Part shown: one piece after another, positions 1 through 6,016 of the stretch
How the letters are laid out: every line of letters begins with the position of its first letter
Position numbering within the stretch: position 1 is the first letter of the stretch
Assembly (NCBI GenBank): GCA_016840425.1
Contig: JAEOSI010000100.1
Location: 1-7,745 of the forward strand
Reading direction: 5' to 3'
DNA: 7,745 nucleotides
Source of the DNA: Candidatus Wukongarchaeum yapensis
GTDB lineage: Archaea > Asgardarchaeota > Wukongarchaeia > Wukongarchaeales > Wukongarchaeaceae
Notes under the pieces: model-generated
The model's input: only the letters and a program-made list of their open reading frames with translations
Database searches by the model: none
What the model was told of the DNA's origin: nothing
Program-made: the position numbers and the translations under genes

Positions 1-20
1 GTGTGAAGGTTGAAAGGATT

Positions 21-419
21 ATGTTTGCAAAGGATGATTCTTTGACAAAGGTTGTTGAACTACTTAGGGAACTTGAGAATAAAGCTAATCTATATGTAGC
101 TTTCTTGGTGACTGTAGAGGGTTTAAGAATAGCTACCTCTTCTGGTACTAAGATTGAGGCAGATGAGCTTTCCGCTTTAGCCGCCTCTTTACTAAATGCG
201 AGCATGATGGCTGTTGAACAGCTTAATCAGGGAGATCTTGAAGAGGTTATTATACGTGGCAGTCATGGTTTCAGCATAGTTCGCAGAATAGATGAAGATA
301 AACTCCTTATTGCAGCAGGATTTGAACCTGAAAAAATCGGATTAACACTACATTTGATGGCCAAATATGTTGAGATGTTTTTGAAAATTTTTAATGAACC
401 TCTGGAAGAATTAAGATAA
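21..419 (+). CDS. Roadblock/LC7 (MglB-like) domain protein
   Basis: Roadblock pattern: helix, then AFLVTVEGLRIA, ADELSALAASLL, GDLEEVIIRGSHGFSIVRRI and KIGLTLHLM. ATG at 21 follows an AAGGA SD-like element. The ORF-track GTG at 3 is an alternative start, and its upstream context lies outside the window. Confidence 0.88.
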   Translation: MFAKDDSLTKVVELLRELENKANLYVAFLVTVEGLRIATSSGTKIEADELSALAASLLNASMMAVEQLNQGDLEEVIIRGSHGFSIVRRIDEDKLLIAAGFEPEKIGLTLHLMAKYVEMFLKIFNEPLEELR

Positions 420-451
420 TTTTAAAGCATTTATTCCCTTAAATAATCAGG

Positions 452-1225
452 TCAAGGGGTTAAAAACCGGGTCTCACCCACGTTAAACCCCTTTTTTATC
501 GCTTCTTCTGTGAAACTACCGGCCTTTTCAACCGCCTTTATTAAAGGCACTTTTTTTCCTATTAATGCCGTCAAAGCTGCAGAGAAAAAGCATCCTGTTC
601 CATGAGCTCTTTTTAATTCAATTTTTTCCTTCGAAAAATGGTAAATTCTTCCCTGGAACAATAAAGTATCTACCAATTTTTCCCCTGGAAAGTGACCTCC
701 TTTAATTATAACATTTTTACACCCATACTCTCTAATCTTTCTAGCTGTTTCTTCAACGTCTTTTTGGTCTTTTATTTCCATCCCAGAAAGAATTTCAGCT
801 TCAAAAATGTTAGGGGTAACTATTAACGCCACAGGTAAAAGCTCCTCTTTTAATGCTTTTACAGCCTTTTTTTCTTTTAAAATACCTCCACTGGTAGCCC
901 CTATCACAGGATCCACCACTAAAGGGACATAGTTTTTTTTGAAAATGTTTGCAACAGCCTCTGTCATCTCCCTAGAAAACAACATTCCCACTTTCGCTGC
1001 ACAAACGTTAAAATCTACCATTATGGCTTGGATCTGGTCTTCAACGGTTTTTGCTGGTATTTCTTCTACTGATGAAACACCTTTAGTATTTTGAACAGCT
1101 ACGGCAGTTATTGCAGCTAACCCATGTAATTTAAAAAAGTTGAACACTTTTAAATCCGCAGCAATTCCTGCTCCACCTGTAGGATCCAAACCTGCAATTG
1201 TTAACACGGCATCGTAGTTGCCCAA
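452..1225 (-). CDS. thiD: Hydroxymethylpyrimidine/phosphomethylpyrimidine kinase (PfkB family), no ThiN domain
   Basis: Motifs VLTIAGLDPTGGAGIAADLK, VQNTKGV, AAKVGML, VVDPV, TPNIFEAEILSG, IKGGH and HGTGCFFSAA. TTG start with AGGGGA SD (TCCCCT at 1231-1236 on +). Confidence 0.92.
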   Translation of the reverse strand: MGNYDAVLTIAGLDPTGGAGIAADLKVFNFFKLHGLAAITAVAVQNTKGVSSVEEIPAKTVEDQIQAIMVDFNVCAAKVGMLFSREMTEAVANIFKKNYVPLVVDPVIGATSGGILKEKKAVKALKEELLPVALIVTPNIFEAEILSGMEIKDQKDVEETARKIREYGCKNVIIKGGHFPGEKLVDTLLFQGRIYHFSKEKIELKRAHGTGCFFSAALTALIGKKVPLIKAVEKAGSFTEEAIKKGFNVGETRFLTP

Positions 1226-1331
1226 ATTTATCCCCTTTCAAAAGGAAAAGATCTTTTAGGTTCTATTAGGCATTTATCTTTTTTTTAAAAAAGAATAAAG
1301 TTTATTTCTTAATCTGTCTATATAATATATT

Positions 1332-1343
1332 AGACACGTGTCT
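1332..1343. promoter_or_regulatory. Perfect 12-bp palindrome AGACACGTGTCT in the divergent thiD / ADF-H promoter region (candidate operator)
   Basis: Palindrome seen directly. It is flanked by TATATA elements at 1319-1324 and 1350-1355. Function is inferred. Confidence 0.4.
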
Positions 1344-1365
1344 TTTATCTATATATTTGTTTTTT

Positions 1366-1371
1366 AGGAGG
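1366..1371 (+). promoter_or_regulatory. Shine-Dalgarno AGGAGG of the ADF-H gene
   Basis: AGGAGG ends 10 nt before the ATG at 1382. Confidence 0.75.
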
Positions 1372-1381
1372 ATAATCAAAA

Positions 1382-1888
1382 ATGGAAGGAATTGGGGAAA
1401 ACCCTGTCGAAATGGGGGATGAAACAACCCCGGAAGCAGAAGAAGCAGCGCCAAGGGAGGAAACAGCGACGATGACGCCGGAAGAAGAAACAGTGTCGAA
1501 AGACATTGCTTCTGCATGCAAAAAAGTTTTAATAGAAAAAACCTCGCGGGGAGTAGTGCTAAAATTCAATGAATATGACGAATTAGCAGTAGACGAGGTT
1601 ACAAACGAAAAGTTAAGCAAATTTGCCTTCAATTTACCAGAAAAAGAACCCAGATACGCCGTTTTTCGCCTTACACATACCAACAGGGCAGGATTAGAGC
1701 AAGAATATCACGCCTTTTTATACTGGATGCCTGACGAATCTCCTGTAAAGCAAAGACGCCAATACTATCATAACAAAGCAATTGTTCGCGAAAAATTTGA
1801 CAGTATAGTGCTTGACATCACGGCAGCCATGCCTTCTGACCTATCAGAAGAAAGATTAAAACGCCGTATCGGAGTCGCAATGACATAA
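1382..1888 (+). CDS. ADF-H (cofilin/twinfilin/GMF-like) actin-depolymerizing-factor homology protein with acidic N-terminal extension
   Basis: Residues ~38-164 follow the ADF-H pattern: VVLKFNE..ELAVDE, LPEKEPRYAVF (cofilin LPENDCRYAVY, GMF LPERQPRFIVY), AFLYWMPDESPVKQRRQYY (cofilin VFFTWSPDTAPVRSKMVYA) and SDLSEERLKRRIG (GMF EDLTEEWLREKLG). Reference sequences are recalled from memory. Confidence 0.88.
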   Translation: MEGIGENPVEMGDETTPEAEEAAPREETATMTPEEETVSKDIASACKKVLIEKTSRGVVLKFNEYDELAVDEVTNEKLSKFAFNLPEKEPRYAVFRLTHTNRAGLEQEYHAFLYWMPDESPVKQRRQYYHNKAIVREKFDSIVLDITAAMPSDLSEERLKRRIGVAMT

Positions 1889-2006
1889 AAGGAACGATTT
1901 GATCTATCGACTTTTTGCTAAATATTAGCTTGAAAAACCTCCCCTACCCTTATTTATTTTTAAAAATTTAAACTGAGCTTATTTCTCAGCATACACTCTT
2001 TATTTT

Positions 2007-2129
2007 TCATTTTTTTCTTCTCTTATAGTTTATCTCGTTAAACATTCTTGCACAGTTGTCTGCTAACAAGAACAGTTTTTGCTCTTGCTCTTTTGTCGGG
2101 CTTAGTCTAAACGTTTTTGTTCTTCTCAC
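2007..2129 (-). pseudogene. tnpB: tnpB 5' fragment (HTH_OrfB_IS605-like region only, 40 codons)
   Basis: Manual translation gives VRRTKTFRLSPTKEQEQKLFLLADNCARMFNEINYKRRKK*, matching archaeal TnpB N-termini (R.P.KEQE..L..LA..CAR..NEINY.RR). No RuvC or Zn-finger sequence follows. Confidence 0.85.
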
Positions 2130-2241
2130 TTTCTTTCACACTCTAACCCCTTTCTAATGAGCTTTGTATAGGCTCTTCTCAGCTTTAAACCCCTTTTGTC
2201 TGCATGCTTTTTTCACTTTCGGCTTTCCTGTTTTTCCTCAC
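2126..2241 (-). pseudogene. Degenerate small ribbon-helix-helix-like ORF upstream of tnpB
   Basis: 2212-2126 reads KKHADKRGLKLRRAYTKLIRKGLECERK*. Removing one A from the run at 2208-2213 joins it to KV, giving KVKKHA. GTG at 2241 (MRKN...) sits ~27 nt downstream of a TATA box. Its TGA overlaps the tnpB GTG (GTGA). Confidence 0.55.
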
Positions 2242-2259
2242 TTAAATGTGTATCAATTC

Positions 2260-2269
2260 TTATATAAAA
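2260..2269 (-). promoter_or_regulatory. Archaeal TATA box (TTTTATATAA) for a leaderless RHH-tnpB transcript
   Basis: Spacing to GTG 2241 fits a leaderless archaeal start. No clear purine-rich BRE is present. Confidence 0.45.
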
Positions 2270-2302
2270 GCACAAATAATAGTTTATTGTAGTGTCTAAC
2301 TC

Positions 2303-2349
2303 TATCGCATTCATCCAACGACTAAAGAAGCCGTTGGCTTTCTGCGATA
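2303..2349 (-). repeat. Nested imperfect inverted repeat, probable IS200/IS605 left-end subterminal hairpin
   Basis: Minus strand: TATCGCA-GAAAG-CCAACGGCT-TCTTT-AGTCGTTGG-ATGAA-TGCGATA. This is a 7-bp outer stem plus a 9-bp inner stem with one G-T pair. Confidence 0.7.
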
Positions 2350-2471
2350 TTTTTTGTAAAAATCATCAGATTAGGGAAAGGTTGTGAAACCAAAAATAAT
2401 CTTTTAGCTTTAAAAAAATAAAAATAGTTTTCTGGGAAATGTTTTTTGATAGGTTAGGAAATTGTGTGAAA

Positions 2472-3209
2472 ATGGAATCAGTAAAAAAAAGTACAGATGT
2501 TTTTGAAATAGTTTCTATTCCTCCTATTAAGGGAAAATTTGCTGCATTTTTTGACATGGATGGTACTTTACTTGCTGGAAGAAGTATTTTTGTTATCGCC
2601 CAAAATATGGGATTTGAAGAAGAGCTTTTAAAGATTTTAAATAATAAACGGAACGATGTTCCAAGCTATGTTGTAAGTCAGCAAGTGGTAAAGCTTTTGA
2701 AAGGTTTTCAAATAGAGGAAATTAAAGAAATTTTTGGTACAATACCCCTAACTAAAGGGGTTAAAGAAGTAGTTTTATGGTTAAAAAAACACGAATTTAT
2801 ATCCGCGATAGTTACAGATTCTTACACCCAATTAGCTAGTCTCCTTGCTAAAAGGTTAGGAATTGATATAGTGGTGGGTAATCGGTTAGAAGTTGATGGA
2901 AAAGGGATTATTACGGCTAAAATTTACATGCCTTTAGGCTGGGAAGAGCATAATAAGCCAGGTTGCTTTAAACATTCTGTTTGCAAGTTAAATGCTTTAA
3001 AAACCATTGCTAAAGCTTATAAAATACCTCTTAAACGAACCATTGCAGTAGGAGATAGGAACCCTGACGCTTGTATGGTAGAAGCAGCAGGTCTTGGTTT
3101 CGCCTTCGAACCCAAAGGCGAAAAGTTGGAAAAAGCCGCAGATTTAGTGATTTACGAGGATATGCGAAAAATGATCCCCCACTTAGAACAGTTTTTATTA
3201 AAGTTTTAG
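2472..3209 (+). CDS. HAD-superfamily subfamily IB phosphatase, phosphoserine phosphatase (SerB)-like
   Basis: Motif I FFDMDGTL, motif II IVTDSY, motif III Lys (VCKLNAL), motif IV AVGDRNPDACM..AAGLGFAF. Start is uncertain (ATG 2439, GTG 2466 or ATG 2472). Confidence 0.85.
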   Translation: MESVKKSTDVFEIVSIPPIKGKFAAFFDMDGTLLAGRSIFVIAQNMGFEEELLKILNNKRNDVPSYVVSQQVVKLLKGFQIEEIKEIFGTIPLTKGVKEVVLWLKKHEFISAIVTDSYTQLASLLAKRLGIDIVVGNRLEVDGKGIITAKIYMPLGWEEHNKPGCFKHSVCKLNALKTIAKAYKIPLKRTIAVGDRNPDACMVEAAGLGFAFEPKGEKLEKAADLVIYEDMRKMIPHLEQFLLKF

Positions 3210-3221
3210 TCATAGTTTTTT

Positions 3222-4613
3222 TTGTTTTGGGATGGGTTTCTGTTGTTTGGGAAGCGAATTGGGGATCTTTCAAAAGGAGTGTTTTTTGCTGCTAAGGTGC
3301 TTTCAAAGGTCGAAGAAAGCGGATCTTCTATTAGGAATATATTATTCAAAGAATATTTTAAGAGGAGGGTGGAGGATTACAAACTTTTGAATCAAGCGCT
3401 TCATTTTACTTTAGAGACCACAAGAAGACTTAACTTTGTTGATCACGTAATAAAAACAGTCCTACCAAAGGTCTTTGATGAAGATTTTCCATCTGTTATA
3501 AAGAACCTCCTACGCATATCAACATATCAGATAGTTTTCCTTAAAGAGAAACCAGAAGATATAGCAGACATTTTAAAACCTATAATCTTGAAAAAAGTAA
3601 GAAAAAATAATAAAATCATTAAAGAAGAAATCTTTACTTATATCTTCAAAGTGCGAAGTTTAGTTAAAAAGGAAAAAATGATTTCTGAAGCAAATGGCTT
3701 AGAGAAATTAGCGTTTACCACCTTTCATCCCAAATGGATGTGCAAATACTTTGTTGATTTACTTGGTTTAGAAGACGCTGAAAAGTTATTAAGAAATAAC
3801 AATCGAAAAAAACCTTCATGGCTAAGAGTTAATACATTACTCACAAATAGGCAAAATGTAGCCTCTATTTTAAGGGAGGAAGGGGTTATTGTCGAATTTG
3901 ATAAGGATTTTCCCGACGTTTTACGTGTAATCGAGGAGGAAAAAAAGCCAGTAACCCTTTCAAACCCGTATAAAGAGGGTCTTATTTTTATACAAGATAA
4001 AGCAAGTTGTGCCGTGGCCCACGTTCTAAACGCTAAACCGGAAGATTTTGTGATAGATTTATGCGCAGCACCTGGAATGAAAACAACACACATAGCTCAA
4101 ACCATGAAAAATATGGGATTAGTGCTTGCAACAGATATAAACTGTTATAGAGCAAAAATGATTAAAATGAACATGAAAAGAAGCGGGGTTAGCAACGTCG
4201 AAATTTTATGTACAGACGGTAAAATTTTAGAACTTAAACTTGGAAAAAAGGTTGATAAAATACTCGTTGATGCCCCTTGTAGTGGCAGTGGAACATTTCA
4301 AACCCACCCGGAGGAAAAATGGCGCTTAACTCCTAATAAAATTAAAAAGTACGCATTATTGCAAGAAAGTCTTCTTTCATCCGCAGTAAATCTTGTCAAA
4401 GTCGGGGGCCAAATAGTCTTTTCTACATGCAGTCTATTCCCTGAAGAAGGAGAAGAAATCGTAACAAAAATCTGCAATGAATACCCAGTTGAAGTTGTCG
4501 AAAAAGGAGTAAGAGGTGGAAAAGCTGTTAAAAACGGTTGGCGATTTTATCCCCCTGAAACCAAGGGGTTTTTCATGTCAAAAATGCGAAAATACGCGGA
4601 GCACAAGTCCTAG
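3222..4613 (+). CDS. RsmB/NOP2/NSUN-family RNA cytosine-C5 methyltransferase with NusB-like N-terminal domain
   Basis: Motifs LRVNTL, IQDKASC, IDLCAAPGMKTTH, LVDAPCSGSG (motif IV Cys) and FSTCSLFPEEGE (motif VI Cys). TTG at 3243 is a plausible alternative start. Confidence 0.93.
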   Translation: MFWDGFLLFGKRIGDLSKGVFFAAKVLSKVEESGSSIRNILFKEYFKRRVEDYKLLNQALHFTLETTRRLNFVDHVIKTVLPKVFDEDFPSVIKNLLRISTYQIVFLKEKPEDIADILKPIILKKVRKNNKIIKEEIFTYIFKVRSLVKKEKMISEANGLEKLAFTTFHPKWMCKYFVDLLGLEDAEKLLRNNNRKKPSWLRVNTLLTNRQNVASILREEGVIVEFDKDFPDVLRVIEEEKKPVTLSNPYKEGLIFIQDKASCAVAHVLNAKPEDFVIDLCAAPGMKTTHIAQTMKNMGLVLATDINCYRAKMIKMNMKRSGVSNVEILCTDGKILELKLGKKVDKILVDAPCSGSGTFQTHPEEKWRLTPNKIKKYALLQESLLSSAVNLVKVGGQIVFSTCSLFPEEGEEIVTKICNEYPVEVVEKGVRGGKAVKNGWRFYPPETKGFFMSKMRKYAEHKS

Positions 4614-4615
4614 GA

Positions 4616-5749
4616 TTATCGTTTTAGTTTGTTGACTGCTTCTTTGATTTTTTCCTGTGTTCCCACTTTTTCTTTTAACTCTTTTTTCAGCTTATCTATA
4701 GTGATAATAGTTGCAGGATCCTTTTCATAGAGAATAGCAAGGTAAATAGAGGCAAAATCTCCGACAAAAGTTGCAGAAAACATTCTTGCGAGGAGGGATT
4801 TACCCTCGCCAAAAACCTCTATCAGACTCCCTGTTTTTTCCTCTATAGCTACACGCTTCGTCGTTTCTATTCGAGTCTTTATCTCCAAAGGCTCATCATA
4901 ATCTCTTAAAAGGATCGTTGTAAAAATTTTTGTTAGAGCATCTTTCGCCTCAAACCCCACTATAGTATTGTGATTAATCTCTGGAAAAACATCATTCACA
5001 GCCAAAACTTTACTGTTTTCATTAAATTCGCACTTAATCCTATTCGCAACAGGAGAATAATGCCTAAAGCCGTAAACGAGAGGTATACGCCCATAAGCTT
5101 CCATAGCTATCTTTTTCGCCAGATTCTCTTCAAGAGGCGCCTTAACTATTAAATGATCCCTATTCTTTTTTAGTATTTCAGCAACTTCCTCCGCCTCCTT
5201 TCTCCAATCGCTTGATAAAAGACCGACTTTTTCAAGAACGACAGGCATAGGAAAGAACAGATAAGGAAGGGCAAAACGCGGCTGTTTTGGTTTGGGTATT
5301 AGGGTTAAAGGAACACCTAAATCATCACAAAATGTTTCAAGGAAACCATTACTCGTTATCACTAAAACCCTACATCCTCTCTTCATACCTTCGTAAAACG
5401 CAGACAGAGTCTCTTCAGTGTTTCCCGAAGCAGAAACGCAAATCACTAAATCCTCCTTGCCAACAAAAGCTGGAAGCACATAATCCCGGGAAACTATTAT
5501 AGGCACCTTTAGCTCGGTTAAAAGCCAAAATTTAAGATAATCGCCTCCTATCGCGCTACCGCCCATACCACAAACTACAATCCTCGAAGGATCCTCATAA
5601 CTACGCGGAAGATCAACCTTATCCCCAACTTTTATAGCATCTAAACAACGAGCAGGCCAATCCGCCTCCTCCTCAATAAGATCCATACTATCAAAAGACG
5701 AAACCAAAGAAACATCATCAAGATCCAAAATTTCACCAAAATCTTCCAT
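4616..5749 (-). CDS. pgi: Bifunctional phosphoglucose/phosphomannose isomerase (SIS-domain PGI/PMI family)
   Basis: Motifs GMGGSAIGG, SASGNTEET, QPR, RIKCEFNENSK, FPEINHN and DFASIYLA...DP. ATG at 5749 is preferred over TTG 5767 because an AGGTG SD lies at 5757-5761. Confidence 0.93.
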   Translation of the reverse strand: MEDFGEILDLDDVSLVSSFDSMDLIEEEADWPARCLDAIKVGDKVDLPRSYEDPSRIVVCGMGGSAIGGDYLKFWLLTELKVPIIVSRDYVLPAFVGKEDLVICVSASGNTEETLSAFYEGMKRGCRVLVITSNGFLETFCDDLGVPLTLIPKPKQPRFALPYLFFPMPVVLEKVGLLSSDWRKEAEEVAEILKKNRDHLIVKAPLEENLAKKIAMEAYGRIPLVYGFRHYSPVANRIKCEFNENSKVLAVNDVFPEINHNTIVGFEAKDALTKIFTTILLRDYDEPLEIKTRIETTKRVAIEEKTGSLIEVFGEGKSLLARMFSATFVGDFASIYLAILYEKDPATIITIDKLKKELKEKVGTQEKIKEAVNKLKR

Positions 5750-6016
5750 ATAACAACACCTTGACAAAAATTATAAACTATTAACATCCACAACTTCATT
5801 ATTTCATTGATTTTAGGAGATAAATGCCTTTAAACCCTAGCAATAATCTTTTGAGAGTTTTCTTTTCAATCTCAAAATTTACTGCTTTTATTATTATTCT
5901 TTTTTTTAAAGTGAGTAGAAGTATTTTTTAAATTGAATGGCCATTTTTTAATTATACGGTATTTTGAGTTTTCACTCACTCCTGTTTTTTTAAATTGAAA
6001 ACTAGGAAGCTTACTC

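Larger units (their letters stand above)
1985..2349 (-). mobile_element. Internally deleted IS200/IS605-family element remnant (left-end hairpin, promoter, RHH-like ORF, tnpB 5' fragment); right boundary unresolved (~1930-2007)
   Basis: Minus strand carries a TnpB N-terminal peptide, an upstream ORF coupled by a GTGA overlap, and a subterminal imperfect hairpin at 2303-2349. Confidence 0.75.

Noticed and set aside
1302-1683. Minus-strand ORFs 1302-1517 and 1345-1683
   Set aside because: Antisense shadows of the ADF-H gene. The Ser/Leu/Phe-rich composition simply mirrors its Glu/Lys-rich codons, and there are no motifs.
1930-2000. GGGGAGG and GAGTGT elements (minus strand) and the small CTGAG/CTCAG hairpin as an IS right end or omegaRNA
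   Set aside because: Only loosely resemble IS200/IS605 right ends, and the expected GC-rich palindrome is missing. The boundary cannot be called without other copies.
2366-2557. Minus-strand 63-aa ORF
   Set aside because: Overlaps the HAD 5' end in antisense, is low in complexity and shows no transposase (tnpA) motifs.
3031-3295. ORFs 3031-3273 (-) and 3071-3295 (+)
   Set aside because: Alternative-frame shadows across the HAD/methyltransferase junction with no recognisable domain.
3725-4093. Minus-strand 122-aa ORF
   Set aside because: Lies entirely antisense within the well-supported methyltransferase.
4970-5502. Plus-strand ORFs 4970-5152 and 5287-5502
   Set aside because: Antisense shadows within PGI/PMI.
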